This document shows, piece by piece, positions 8,601 through 19,034 of a stretch of DNA of 64,000 nt. The stretch's first letter is position 1. Every line of letters starts with the position of its first letter. Origin of the DNA: Patescibacteria group bacterium UBA2773 (GTDB lineage Bacteria; Patescibacteriota; Minisyncoccia; Moranbacterales; DUUL01); assembly GCA_002352465.1 (NCBI GenBank), contig DEIN01000008.1:564-64563 (forward strand), read 5' to 3'. Both the position numbers and the translations under genes were made by a program. The notes beneath the pieces are model-generated. The model had not been told where the DNA came from. It worked only from the letters and a program-made list of their open reading frames with translations, and did no database searches.

Positions 8601-8668
8601 AGTTTAAAAGTTAGAAAGTTAAAAGTTTAGAAAGTTGGCAAGTTTGGCAAGTTTGTAAAGTTTGGCGG
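8601..8668. repeat. About 8 tandem degenerate octamers (agtt[t/a]rnma) directly upstream of the nuclease start codon
   Basis: agtttaaa agttagaa agttaaa agtttagaa agttggca agtttggca agtttgtaa agtttggcgg. Confidence 0.6.
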
Positions 8669-9197
8669 ATTGAAAATTTTAAATCAATTTTCAATGATTT
8701 AATTTACAATTCAAATGCAAGTCGATGGTATTTCAATTGCGAGCAGGATGCAAGTCAAAATGTTTTAAGATTAAAGAACTGCTTTGGAAGGACAGGAAAA
8801 TTGGAGAGGAAAATTTTAAGATTTGGACAGTTAGTTGGTTGATATTCAATTAAGATATGAAGTCGCACAATGTATATTTTGCGACATCATAAATCAAGCA
8901 TTCTCAAACTCAAGGTAAATTAGGTCGTCTTTGAAACTTTCTTTGAAGCCTATCTAATATCATTTCTTCACAAGACTACTTAGGTGATTGCAGTTTTGTT
9001 GTGAAATTTATTCTCTTGCTTGTTTTGATAAAAAGTAAAATAATTTTCAAAGGATTAGGATTTAGTTTTAACTATTATTTCGTTGGAATATTTTAAAATA
9101 TTAATCTAATTAATAATTCAAAATTTTAGCAGAAATAATAATTAAAACTAAATCCTAAGGTCAAAAAATAACAAAAAAGTTTCTTGGTTTTTTAATT

Positions 9198-10577
9198 TCA
9201 ATCAGGTTTGTAGACAATCATTTGATCAACATTGGCGGTTCTTCTGTATAAACTACTAACTAATTTTTTAGAAGTGCCTAATAATAGATTTGAACCCCAG
9301 TAGGGGTCGTGAACCACAAAATCATCATTTTTAGAATCATAACCGTGAACAACTACATAATGGCCACCTGCGCCTCCATTGATATAAACAATGACGGGAT
9401 TTTCATCATCAATTAAATCTTCAACATCATCCCAGTCGATATTTCCATGATAAGTTCCATATTTATCTTTTTTTAATTTCATATCAAATTTTTTAGGAGC
9501 AGAACTCCAATCAATATAACCTTGACTAGTAAAAGATGATGCATCGACTAAGTCTTCTGGATCAACTTTCTCGTCGTGATAAGTGAAAACCATAGCAATT
9601 GAAGTAATGGCACAACCTGAATCGCCAATAGTATAACGACTACCACCTAATTTTTCACTAGCCCATTCTTCATCTAATTGAGAATAATACCAATTAGTTG
9701 AAGCCAAGCCCTTTTTCGGTTTTTCGGCATTTTTTAAAATATAGTCTAGCTCTTTTTGTTCGGCCACGGAAAGAGAATCTACGTCAATTAAGAGTTGTTT
9801 CATTTGACTTTCAATTTTGGAAATCAAAGCCTTGTAATTAGCTTCTTCTCCTTTGGTTCGATTTAAAAGACTTCCCTTTTCATTTTTTTTAAGATCCAGT
9901 TTTTGTTTTTCCTTATCTAATTCAGATTTTTCACTATTCAATTTGCCTCTTTCTAACTGTTCATTTTCTTTCTCTTCTGCTAATAGTTCTTTCTCTTCTT
10001 CTATTATTTTTAGTGCACTGTTAATTTTGGTTGAAATTTGACTTAAATAATCAGATTGACTAAAAGCTTGACTTAATCCATTCTCACTCGAAAGAAGGCT
10101 TAAGTTGAAAGATTGATTGAGTCGATGGTAGCCCCTGAGCATTTCCCCTAAACTTTTTTGATTTTCTTTGATGTTCTTAGTCTTGATTTTTATTTTTTCT
10201 TCAAGATTATCAATTTTTTTCTGAGTAGCGGCTATTTTTGAAGATAATGATTGGATGTCGCCCTTAACATCGTTCATTTCAAGATTTAAAATTTGGAGTT
10301 GGTTTGTTAGAGTTTGACCTTGTTGTTTTTTTAATTTAGCTAATTTTTCAGCGTTTTTCAGTTGATTTTCTAGGGTATCGTATTCTGTCTCTTCTGAATC
10401 AACCGTTTCTTTAAAATCTTCGCATTCTTCTTCGCTGTGATCTTTGCAATATTCTTCGATTCTATCATCAAATTCATCGGCTTGAATTTGCAGATTCGCA
10501 AAAAGCATTACAAAAAGCATCACCAATATCAGCAACGGTTTATTTAAGTAATTTGTTTTTGGAGTTTTTATGGACAT
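9198..10577 (-). CDS. Secreted PcsB-like protein: signal peptide, long coiled coil, C-terminal papain-like (peptidase C39-like/CHAP-like) Cys-His domain
   Basis: It has an N-terminal hydrophobic signal. The central region has heptad, E/K/L-rich coiled coil. The C-terminal GDSGCAITSIAMV...GGHYVVVHGYD...VHDPY gives a Cys...His...Asp triad. Confidence 0.6.
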   Translation of the reverse strand: MSIKTPKTNYLNKPLLILVMLFVMLFANLQIQADEFDDRIEEYCKDHSEEECEDFKETVDSEETEYDTLENQLKNAEKLAKLKKQQGQTLTNQLQILNLEMNDVKGDIQSLSSKIAATQKKIDNLEEKIKIKTKNIKENQKSLGEMLRGYHRLNQSFNLSLLSSENGLSQAFSQSDYLSQISTKINSALKIIEEEKELLAEEKENEQLERGKLNSEKSELDKEKQKLDLKKNEKGSLLNRTKGEEANYKALISKIESQMKQLLIDVDSLSVAEQKELDYILKNAEKPKKGLASTNWYYSQLDEEWASEKLGGSRYTIGDSGCAITSIAMVFTYHDEKVDPEDLVDASSFTSQGYIDWSSAPKKFDMKLKKDKYGTYHGNIDWDDVEDLIDDENPVIVYINGGAGGHYVVVHGYDSKNDDFVVHDPYWGSNLLLGTSKKLVSSLYRRTANVDQMIVYKPD

Positions 10578-10588
10578 TACATGTAATA

Positions 10589-12076
10589 TTAAATTTTTTC
10601 TATTGCATTTTTTATTCTTTTAATACTTTCTTCTTTGCCTAAAACCCAAGCTAATTCAAATGGGCTAGCGCTTTTTTCTTGACCGGACAAAGCCACTCGC
10701 AAAGGCCAAAGATGTTTGCCTCTAGCTTCTCCAATTTGGGCTAAAATATTTTTTTGAAATATTTCAGGGTCAGATAAATCAGCTTCAGCAGTGATTTTTA
10801 GAACCAAGACTAAGGCCTTTCTCAAATCCTCCGAAGTCATTTCTTTCCATTTTAAGAGCTCGGCGTTATAATCTAAATTTTTAAAATAGATATCTAAATT
10901 AACAGTAATGTCAGAAAGTTTTTTAATTCTAGATTTTTCAATGGTGATGATTTTTTTAATTTTTTCGGAATTTTCTTTAAGGTTATTTTTTTTGAAATAG
11001 GGTTTAAGATATTTTTGACATTTCGCCAAAAGTTCTTCATCGGTTTCTTTTTTTAGGTATTGGCTGTTCATCCAATCTAGTTTTTGATAGTTCAAAATTG
11101 CTCCAGCTTTATGCAATCCGGCTATTGAAAATTTTTCGATTAATTCAGCTTTAGTCATTAATTCCTGATCACTTTTGGGGCTCCAACCCAATAATGACAA
11201 AAAATTAATCAAAGCAGTCGGCAGATAGCCTTTGTCTTTGAAATCTTTCACACTGACATCACCTTGTCTTTTGGAAAGTTTTTTCTTATTTTCCCCGAGA
11301 ACATTAGGTAGATGAACAAATTTAGGCGGTTTCCAACCGAAAAATTTATATAATAAAATGTGTTTAGGCGTGCTGGGCAACCAATCTTCTCCCCTGAAAA
11401 TGTGAGAAATTTTCATTAAATGATCATCGACCACTACGGCGAAATGATAAGTTGGAAAACCGTCGGTTTTGATTAGCACTTGATCATCGATGGTATTGGT
11501 TTCGACTGCAATATTACCAAAAACTTTATCGGTGAATTTAATTATTTCATTTTCTGGAACTTTCATTCTAATCACATAAGGTTCTCCCTTTTTGATTTTT
11601 TCTTCAATTTCTTTCGGTTTTAGATCGCGACATTTTTTATCATACATTGGCGGTTGATTTTCGGCTTGTTGTTTTTCTCGAATTTTTTTTAACCGCTCAG
11701 CTGAACAAAAACAATAATAGGCTTCTCCGCTGTCGATAAGTTTTTGAATATATTTTTTATAAATCGCCAAACGCTCCGACTGAATATAGGGTCCTAATTC
11801 TCCCTTCTGGGCGATTTCTGAGTTTTTATCTAGAAAAATCCCTTCGTCAACATCCAATTTGGCCCAATTTAAAGTCTCAAAAATCTTCTTAGTGGCCTCT
11901 TGATCAAGTCTTTTTTGGTCGGTGTCTTCTACTCGGACTAAAAATGAACCTCTTTGATTTCGGGCGAAAAGCCAAGCGAATAAAGCCGTCCTTAAATTTC
12001 CAACGTGAATTGCTCCAGTCGGTGATGGAGCAAATCTAACTCGAATTTCACTATTTTTAGTTTTTGGGGTGTTCAT
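10589..12076 (-). CDS. gltX: Glutamate--tRNA ligase
   Basis: RVRFAPSPTGAIHVGNLRTALF contains the HIGH-region motif. KLSKR is the KMSKS motif. The product is 495 aa. Confidence 0.9.
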   Translation of the reverse strand: MNTPKTKNSEIRVRFAPSPTGAIHVGNLRTALFAWLFARNQRGSFLVRVEDTDQKRLDQEATKKIFETLNWAKLDVDEGIFLDKNSEIAQKGELGPYIQSERLAIYKKYIQKLIDSGEAYYCFCSAERLKKIREKQQAENQPPMYDKKCRDLKPKEIEEKIKKGEPYVIRMKVPENEIIKFTDKVFGNIAVETNTIDDQVLIKTDGFPTYHFAVVVDDHLMKISHIFRGEDWLPSTPKHILLYKFFGWKPPKFVHLPNVLGENKKKLSKRQGDVSVKDFKDKGYLPTALINFLSLLGWSPKSDQELMTKAELIEKFSIAGLHKAGAILNYQKLDWMNSQYLKKETDEELLAKCQKYLKPYFKKNNLKENSEKIKKIITIEKSRIKKLSDITVNLDIYFKNLDYNAELLKWKEMTSEDLRKALVLVLKITAEADLSDPEIFQKNILAQIGEARGKHLWPLRVALSGQEKSASPFELAWVLGKEESIKRIKNAIEKI

Positions 12077-12785
12077 TTTGTTTGCTTAGTAATGCTAAAA
12101 TTGGGAATTTAATCACAGCGTTAAAAATTCTAAAAAATCGATTGGGTTGAAGTGTCAACCGCCATAACCATTCCAAGCCAAGCCGTCTTATAATTTTTGG
12201 GGCGCGTAGTTTTTTCTTGGTCCAAAAGTCCAAGGTGCCTCCAATTCCCATAATTATTCGAGCTTTTTTGAAATTTGAGAGATTGTTGTGAATAATTATT
12301 TCCTGATGAGGATGTCCGATGGCAACTAAAATTAATTGACAATTTTTTACTTGACTTGAATCAAAATTTTCAAGATTTTCAAGTTTAACTCCAATTAATT
12401 TAAAATCTTTTATCGCAGTCAAACTTTTTTCAATTTCTTTTTGGGTGCTCCAGCCTTCTTTCAGATATATTATTCCAGTTTTTAATTTTAAATCGGACGC
12501 TTTTTCTAATAAAAATTGAGCTAAATCGGCACCTGTTATTCTAGCACCAATTTTCTCTTTTTTCAACCAGCTGATAAATTTAATTCCAAATCCATCGGTG
12601 ATTCTGAGGTTAGCTGAATTAATAATTTTTTTGTATTTTAAATCTTTTTTAGCGGTTAAAAGGATCTCTGGGTTGAGCGTAACGATAAATAAAGGTTTTT
12701 TTGCAGATTTTTGCAGATTTTGCAAACATTTTTTTAAAACATTTTTTTTTGATTCTGAGTCAATTTTAACTCCAAAAATTTGCAT
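12057..12785 (-). CDS. WecB/TagA/CpsF-family glycosyltransferase
   Basis: FGVKIDSESKKNVL...VTLNPE...ITDGFG...GIGGTLDFW is the TagA/WecG family pattern. The start was moved to the internal Met (MQIFGVKID) to avoid overlap with the upstream gene. It overlaps gltX by 20 bp. Confidence 0.6.
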   Translation of the reverse strand: MQIFGVKIDSESKKNVLKKCLQNLQKSAKKPLFIVTLNPEILLTAKKDLKYKKIINSANLRITDGFGIKFISWLKKEKIGARITGADLAQFLLEKASDLKLKTGIIYLKEGWSTQKEIEKSLTAIKDFKLIGVKLENLENFDSSQVKNCQLILVAIGHPHQEIIIHNNLSNFKKARIIMGIGGTLDFWTKKKLRAPKIIRRLGLEWLWRLTLQPNRFFRIFNAVIKFPILALLSKQNEHPKN

Positions 12786-12798
12786 TTTAAAAAATAAT

Positions 12799-13821
12799 TT
12801 ATTTAAGAAATTTATCGTTTTGTAAGTCTTTAACGAGAACACTCAAGGCAGTAGCGAAAGGAATAGCAATCAACATTCCCAAAACTCCCAATAGACTAGC
12901 GCCGGTCATTAAGGCCAAAATCACAACCACTGGATCCAAGCCAACCGCTTTTTTCATAATCAATGGGGTGAAAATGTGATGTTCCATTTGTTGGATAACT
13001 AGATACAAAATAGCGACAAAAACCGCAGTCAAAGGAGAAACGGTCAAGGCGATTAAAACGGCTGGAACGAAAGAAATAAAAGGTCCAATATAAGGAACTA
13101 TTTCAAAAAATCCACCCAATAAAGCCAACAAAAGAGCATAAGGAACACCTAGTAAGGATAAGATCAAAAATTCTAAACCAAAAATCAAAAAAGCAATTGA
13201 AACTTGTCCAATCAACCAATTGCCCATTTTATTTTGAATTCGCTTGGTTAAACCAATAAAATAAACTTTATGCTTATTGGGTAAAATAAAACCTAAAAAT
13301 CCTTTAATGCCTTCTTTTTTAACAATCATATAGAAAGCCAAAGCGAAAATAATCAAGCCCTTGAATAAATTAGCCAGAAAAGCAAAAGAGTTGGAAAATA
13401 TTTGAGAAATTAAATCAGCCAAAGTGGAAGAAACGTTACTGATCAAGGTTTGCAGATCAATTTCCAAATTAGACCCAGCTACTAAAGTATTCAGATTAAT
13501 TAAAAATCCATTAATATTTTTAAAATAATCGGGAATATTTTCGCCTAATTGTTTCAGCTCAAAAATTAAAACTGGGATTATTAAATAAAGACAAAGAAAT
13601 ATCAAACTGAAAAAAATTGAATATAAAGCGACAGCACTAACCATTCGGGGAATTTTTTTGGCTTGAAGTTTGTCCACTAATGGCTCTAAAGTGCTAACAA
13701 TAATAATTGAAATAAATAAAATGAGAAAGACTCCTTTGATAAGAAACAGTAACCATAAAATTAAAATAATCGCGGTTATTCTAATCAAGGTGTTGGTAGA
13801 AATTTCGATTGAATTTTTCAT
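12799..13821 (-). CDS. AI-2E family transporter (PerM-like) membrane protein
   Basis: It has 8 predicted transmembrane helices and the conserved YIGPFISFVPAVLIAL segment. Confidence 0.7.
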   Translation of the reverse strand: MKNSIEISTNTLIRITAIILILWLLFLIKGVFLILFISIIIVSTLEPLVDKLQAKKIPRMVSAVALYSIFFSLIFLCLYLIIPVLIFELKQLGENIPDYFKNINGFLINLNTLVAGSNLEIDLQTLISNVSSTLADLISQIFSNSFAFLANLFKGLIIFALAFYMIVKKEGIKGFLGFILPNKHKVYFIGLTKRIQNKMGNWLIGQVSIAFLIFGLEFLILSLLGVPYALLLALLGGFFEIVPYIGPFISFVPAVLIALTVSPLTAVFVAILYLVIQQMEHHIFTPLIMKKAVGLDPVVVILALMTGASLLGVLGMLIAIPFATALSVLVKDLQNDKFLK

Positions 13822-13846
13822 TTTATTGTTGATTATTGATCAAAAT

Positions 13847-15121
13847 TTATTTAAATGTTAGATATTGGTCCAAAGCTTGATTGTTTTGATGCGGTCCAAT
13901 TATAGCTAAATTTAAATTTTCATCTTTAAAAATTTCGCTAGCTACTCGCATTAAATCATCAGCCGTGACGGCATCAATTTTTTTGAAAATCTCAGCTGGC
14001 TTCTTAATTTTTTTTCTAAATAATTCTTGATTTCCCAGATAGGAAGCGACAGCTGTTGATGATTCCAACGACATCAAAGTTTTACCCTTGATATACTCTT
14101 TGACTTTTCGAAGCTCTTTTTCGGAAACTTTTTTTTGAGTAGTTTTTTTGAATTCTTTCAAAATTAGTTGAATGGTTTCCTCCAAATTTTTATGTTGGAC
14201 ACCGGCGCTAGCAAAAAAATATCCAGAATCGGTGTATTGTTCGGCGTCTGAATTGACGTAATAAGTCAAACCTCGCTTCTCCCTCAATTCATCGAACATT
14301 CGACTACTCATTCCTCCCCCTAAAATAGTGGCCAATAAACCGATCGGATAGCGATCTTCTTCGAACATATTGACTGATTTAACCCCGATAATTAAATGAG
14401 TTTGGTCGGTTTCTTTAGCGTGAATTCTCAATTGAGGTCTTCTTTGATTTTGAGTCGTTTTTAATTTTTCAGTTTTTTCTTTGAGCTGAGGGTTTTTTTC
14501 AAAAGAACCTTTTATTTTTTTCAAAACATTATTTTTATCAAAGTTTCCAGCCACAACAATCACGGTTGATTGTGGAATATAAAAAGTTTTTAAGTAATCT
14601 AAAAAGTCTTTTCTTTTAAAACGATTGATATTCTCAATCGTTCCAATGATGTCCCAGCCAGCCGGTTGGTTACCATAAAATAAATTTTCAAAAACATCCC
14701 AAACGTGGTGCATCGGCATATCTTTATACATTGCCATTTCCTGCAGAATTACCCCTCGTTCTTTGTCGATTTCTTCTTGTTTAAAAGTCGAATTTAAATA
14801 AATATCGCTAACCACGTCCAAGGCCATTTTTAAGTGTTGCTTGGGAACTTTTACCCAGTAGCCAGTTTGTTCTTTGCCAGTGAAGGCGTTGAATGCTCCG
14901 CCAACACTATCTAATTCTTCTGAAATTATTTTAGCCGTAGGGCGTTTCTTTGTGCCTTTAAAAATCATATGTTCTAGGAAATGTGAAATTCCATTGTTGT
15001 CAGCGGTTTCGTATTTAGAACCAGCTTCAACTAAGATTTGAATTGTCACGGTTTCGGTTCCTGTATTGGGGGCTAAGATTATTCGGGTGCCATTTTTTAA
15101 AATTTCTTTAGTGTATTGCAT
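13847..15121 (-). CDS. M16 family (pitrilysin/insulinase-like) zinc peptidase
   Basis: It has the inverted zinc-binding motif HFLEHMIFKGT (HxxEH) and is 424 aa. Confidence 0.8.
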   Translation of the reverse strand: MQYTKEILKNGTRIILAPNTGTETVTIQILVEAGSKYETADNNGISHFLEHMIFKGTKKRPTAKIISEELDSVGGAFNAFTGKEQTGYWVKVPKQHLKMALDVVSDIYLNSTFKQEEIDKERGVILQEMAMYKDMPMHHVWDVFENLFYGNQPAGWDIIGTIENINRFKRKDFLDYLKTFYIPQSTVIVVAGNFDKNNVLKKIKGSFEKNPQLKEKTEKLKTTQNQRRPQLRIHAKETDQTHLIIGVKSVNMFEEDRYPIGLLATILGGGMSSRMFDELREKRGLTYYVNSDAEQYTDSGYFFASAGVQHKNLEETIQLILKEFKKTTQKKVSEKELRKVKEYIKGKTLMSLESSTAVASYLGNQELFRKKIKKPAEIFKKIDAVTADDLMRVASEIFKDENLNLAIIGPHQNNQALDQYLTFK

Positions 15122-15126
15122 TGGTT

Positions 15127-16068
15127 TTAGTTATTTCTAGAAAAACGAGTTAAGCCTCCAAAAGGAATAATTTCAATTCCCCTTTTTTCTAATTGGTCTA
15201 AAATTAAATTCATTCCAATTGAATCAGAGGAAATATGTCCAGCGATAACAACATTGATGTGGGCTTTTTCGGCACTTTCTCGATGTTTTTCGCTTTGGTG
15301 CATGGCGATTGTAGTGCCAATTCCAGCGTTAGCCATTGCTTGATAAATTTCGATTGAGCCTTCAGTTCCGCCAGTTATTTCAGAAACTACGATTTTTCCG
15401 CAACGGCTAGTAGGTTTTCCGGAGAATAAAGTTGGACCGTTGAATCTTCTTTTGGCTTCTTGATATTCAGGAATTTTCATTAAAGTTTTTAGAATATCCT
15501 TAATATAGCGCGGTTGACTTTTTTTAATTGTCTGTTGAAGCAGATGAGCTACGCAGTTATCAGCGGGAGTGTGAATGTTGATTAAATTAATTCCTAAAAG
15601 TTTAGCAGCATCAACTATGTTGTAGTGATTGGCGGGATTAATGCCTCTCGATACTTCTGAAATTCTTTTGTGAGTCAATTTTTCAGCAATATTAACTGGT
15701 ACTCCAAATTTTTCATAAGCGTCTATTTGCAAATTCATTACATCATCTAGTTTGCTCAGAGCTTTTCCGACTGGATGATGATTGATAATCAAATCGACTT
15801 TTAACTCTTTAGCTAATAACAAACTACCGATTGTGATGTCAATTCCGGCTAAAACCTTTTTTATTTCTTTTCCATTGTCAAAATGAACAGTTGAATCAGT
15901 GTAAGGATTTATCAAATCTTCTTGATCAAAATAAGACTTCTCTTCTTTGGACAGTTCATTGTAAATTTCTTTCTTTTGGTCTAAAAATTCTTTAATTTCC
16001 TCTTTGGAGCGAAAATCATTTGCTATTCCTTGTTTAATGGCTAAATCAAAAATTTCTTTAACTTTCAT
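15127..16068 (-). CDS. Nif3-like dinuclear metal-centre protein
   Basis: DLIINHHP and AGHISSD match the two His motifs of the NIF3/YbgI family. Identity is not certain. Confidence 0.45.
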   Translation of the reverse strand: MKVKEIFDLAIKQGIANDFRSKEEIKEFLDQKKEIYNELSKEEKSYFDQEDLINPYTDSTVHFDNGKEIKKVLAGIDITIGSLLLAKELKVDLIINHHPVGKALSKLDDVMNLQIDAYEKFGVPVNIAEKLTHKRISEVSRGINPANHYNIVDAAKLLGINLINIHTPADNCVAHLLQQTIKKSQPRYIKDILKTLMKIPEYQEAKRRFNGPTLFSGKPTSRCGKIVVSEITGGTEGSIEIYQAMANAGIGTTIAMHQSEKHRESAEKAHINVVIAGHISSDSIGMNLILDQLEKRGIEIIPFGGLTRFSRNN

Positions 16069-16179
16069 ATTCTTCTTTAAGGTTAAATGATGTTTTTATA
16101 ATATCATTTAATCAAGCTTTATTCAAGCAAAAAACCAGCCCTGTCGAGGTGCTGGTTTTTGCTAAATTTTTCTAGAGTG

Positions 16180-17601
16180 TTATTTTTTGTTTAGTTCCCA
16201 ATCTTGATTGGTGTTAACTAAATATTTTTGACTATTTTGATCTTCATTAATTATTTCAATTTCTCCTTTAACGGCAGAAATTCCAGATTGTTTTTGAATC
16301 ATTAGATTATAGTTTTCGGAATTAAAATTGACTGGTAGGCGATATTCAAAATGAAAAGTTTTGGTTTTTCCCAGGGGAACTTGAATTAGGGTTCCAAAAT
16401 ATTTTTTATTAAATTCTTCTCCAAATTTCATCGGATGAAAATTATTAGAACCTAAAAGCCAACTTTCTCTGGGGGTATAGACTCTCAAGTAGCTTTGGTA
16501 ATTATTAGTCATCCAGTCTTTGACTCTGGCTGTATTAGTGTAAGTTAAATCTAAATTAGCAATTGGGGCATTTCCAGAAAAATCAACTTGATATTTGAAT
16601 GATCTTGCCATTTTTAAATCGGTTTTATAAGCTGCTAGATTGGCATCGACAAACATTAAATAATCATTAGGATATTCGGCTATTACTTCTCCATCCCAAT
16701 CTAATTTGAGAATTTCTTCCTGAAGTTCAACATCGGAAAATTTCAACATAACATCTTTTTGGTTTAGATGTTTTTCCAAGGCTAGTAATAAATCTTTTTT
16801 TTCATTTAATCCAAGCGCTTGAACTTTATTTAAAATTTCTTTAGCTAAATATTTCATAATATATTTTCGTTGACCTTTATCGATGTTCTGTTGCCAATAG
16901 CCTTTTTCAACTTGATATTCAAGTTTTTCGATTGCATTTTCGCTAGTGTATTCTCCAGGAAAGCCTTCGATTGAAATTGAACCAACTGCTTCAAGGAAAG
17001 AGCCAAGAAGTTCAGTCGAAATTGCGATGACTCCGTCAAATTTTTCTTCTCCTCCTTCCATTTTATACATATCAATGGCTTTTTGAGCGTTGATTGAAAA
17101 ATCTGGCGACCAGTTGCTGTCTCGCATTTCCCAATTTTTTATACTCAGAGTTTCGGACATTGGATAAGGGGGTGTTATCCCGGTGGCAATTCTATCATCA
17201 AAAATGTTCGTATCATGAATGTCAATTTCAATCACTTTGCCATTTTGAATTTTTAATATTCCAAAAGAACCAATGAAACCTCCCCCAGGTCTTAACTCCA
17301 TATTATTTTGCAATAAAATCAAAAAAGTTTGGACTTCTTTTTTTTCGGTTAAAATTGAAGCAATCTTAAAAATTGATTTTAGTTCAGTTTTTTGTTGTTC
17401 TTCGATCGGGGCTATTTTTAATAACGGACTAAATAAATTAGCTATTCCTATCAATCCATTTTTTTGATTTTCTAAAAATAAAAACCAAGCGATTAGAAGA
17501 GTGACTGACAATGACCAAAAAATTAGCCAAAATTTCCAGCCTTTTTTTTGAGGTCTATCTTTAATTCCTTCTAGATTAATTGAAAAATTTGAGTTGTTCA
17601 T
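16180..17601 (-). CDS. Membrane-anchored extracytoplasmic protein, DUF4012-like
   Basis: It has an N-terminal transmembrane helix and the ELRPGGGFIGSFG motif characteristic of DUF4012. Confidence 0.5.
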   Translation of the reverse strand: MNNSNFSINLEGIKDRPQKKGWKFWLIFWSLSVTLLIAWFLFLENQKNGLIGIANLFSPLLKIAPIEEQQKTELKSIFKIASILTEKKEVQTFLILLQNNMELRPGGGFIGSFGILKIQNGKVIEIDIHDTNIFDDRIATGITPPYPMSETLSIKNWEMRDSNWSPDFSINAQKAIDMYKMEGGEEKFDGVIAISTELLGSFLEAVGSISIEGFPGEYTSENAIEKLEYQVEKGYWQQNIDKGQRKYIMKYLAKEILNKVQALGLNEKKDLLLALEKHLNQKDVMLKFSDVELQEEILKLDWDGEVIAEYPNDYLMFVDANLAAYKTDLKMARSFKYQVDFSGNAPIANLDLTYTNTARVKDWMTNNYQSYLRVYTPRESWLLGSNNFHPMKFGEEFNKKYFGTLIQVPLGKTKTFHFEYRLPVNFNSENYNLMIQKQSGISAVKGEIEIINEDQNSQKYLVNTNQDWELNKK

Positions 17602-17603
17602 AT

Positions 17604-19034
17604 TTAATTAAAATTAATTTTTTTAAAACGATTATTAATATTATCTTTTCCTAAGTTTAAAATAATCCCATACATTAACCAGAAAATAATAGCGGTTGGA
17701 CCAAAAATTAAAACATTGCTAGTCAATCCTTCTAAGAGCAAACTTACAAAACAAGAGGCGACAATAACAAACCAAATGCGTTCTCCCTTTTGAGTGCTTT
17801 CGTATTTTTTATATATGTCAATAAAATATTGCCAAAGAATTCGAATAAAAAGAATTAGTCCGATTATTCCATAATTACTCCAAAATAATAAATAAGAATT
17901 ATTTTGAAGAGTTTGGCTAGAGAAACCTTCTTCTTGAGAAGCGAGGCCTTCTCCTAGAATCCAATTATTTTTAATTGTTTCAAAACCACCAAACCATTGT
18001 TTTAAATTTTCATTAGAAACAACTTCAATAGAAGAATAAATACTCGGTAAAATCATTGTTAAAATGATTAAATAGATAGCGGTTAAGGTGATTAAAATTC
18101 TTTTTTTAGTGAGAATTCCCATCGTCATAACTCCAATTCCTAAGAAAATCAAACTTGAATAAGCAAAGGTTAAAAATAATCCAATCAATTGAATTAATAA
18201 TAAAATGGACATCCAAATTTTTTTTCTGAAAAGTTTACGATTTTTGAATTTTTCTTTAAAGATTTGTACTTTATAAATACTGTCTAACAATTTAACTTTG
18301 TTTTTTTTCTTTACTTTCTTTTTGATTAGGTTTTTTTCTTGTTGTTGATTCAAAAGTAAAAAACCAAGAGTTGAAATAATACTGATTATTAATAAAGCGG
18401 CTAAAGGATTGGCTCCAATTTGATCGGTTGAACCAATTCCTAAAAATCCGTTAATTTGATGAGTAGATTGATTAAAAATCAAATGCTTTGACTTACCGGT
18501 GGAAATTCCCATCCCGATTGATGTTTGCCAGTTACCTAAAAACATAATAATTCCAAAAATAGAATGAGTAACGTTTACGGCTATTACGAGAGAAAAGAAA
18601 CGTCTTATTCTTTTTTGGGTTTGAAAAAAATATTGAAAACCAACCAGTAAAAACCAGATTAAAATCATATTTAAGGAAATTTTCCAAATCGAACTTCTTA
18701 TAAGTAAATCGAAGATTAATCCAAAAAATAAATAAGAAGAACTGATTAAAAACATAAGAAAAAATGGAAAAGTCAGCTTGTTTTTTAAAACTTTTTTGTC
18801 AGTTTGGGCTAGTTTAATCATTCCAATTATTGAAATTAAAAAAAGTAACAAATCAAATAAAGAAAGATTTCCAGAACCCAGTTTTATTGTTGGGAATAAA
18901 ATAACTAATCCTAGTAAATATAACCAACCTTTAGAAAAACTTTTCGAAAAAATAAAAATAGCCACTAACAAAATAGCCACAAGAACGGTTGCTAAAATAT
19001 TTAAGGTTAAAACTATATTTAAAGTAGAGATCAT
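17604..19034 (-). CDS. Polytopic membrane protein, O-antigen ligase/Wzy-like
   Basis: It has about 12 hydrophobic segments with a large loop. The family assignment is from topology only. Confidence 0.35.
   Translation of the reverse strand: MISTLNIVLTLNILATVLVAILLVAIFIFSKSFSKGWLYLLGLVILFPTIKLGSGNLSLFDLLLFLISIIGMIKLAQTDKKVLKNKLTFPFFLMFLISSSYLFFGLIFDLLIRSSIWKISLNMILIWFLLVGFQYFFQTQKRIRRFFSLVIAVNVTHSIFGIIMFLGNWQTSIGMGISTGKSKHLIFNQSTHQINGFLGIGSTDQIGANPLAALLIISIISTLGFLLLNQQQEKNLIKKKVKKKNKVKLLDSIYKVQIFKEKFKNRKLFRKKIWMSILLLIQLIGLFLTFAYSSLIFLGIGVMTMGILTKKRILITLTAIYLIILTMILPSIYSSIEVVSNENLKQWFGGFETIKNNWILGEGLASQEEGFSSQTLQNNSYLLFWSNYGIIGLILFIRILWQYFIDIYKKYESTQKGERIWFVIVASCFVSLLLEGLTSNVLIFGPTAIIFWLMYGIILNLGKDNINNRFKKINFN

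Noticed and set aside
8601-8668. Possible CRISPR array (tandem repeats near a Cas4-like nuclease)
   Set aside because: The units are 7-9 bp with no spacers, and no cas1/cas2 are present. It is a microsatellite-like tandem repeat, not CRISPR.
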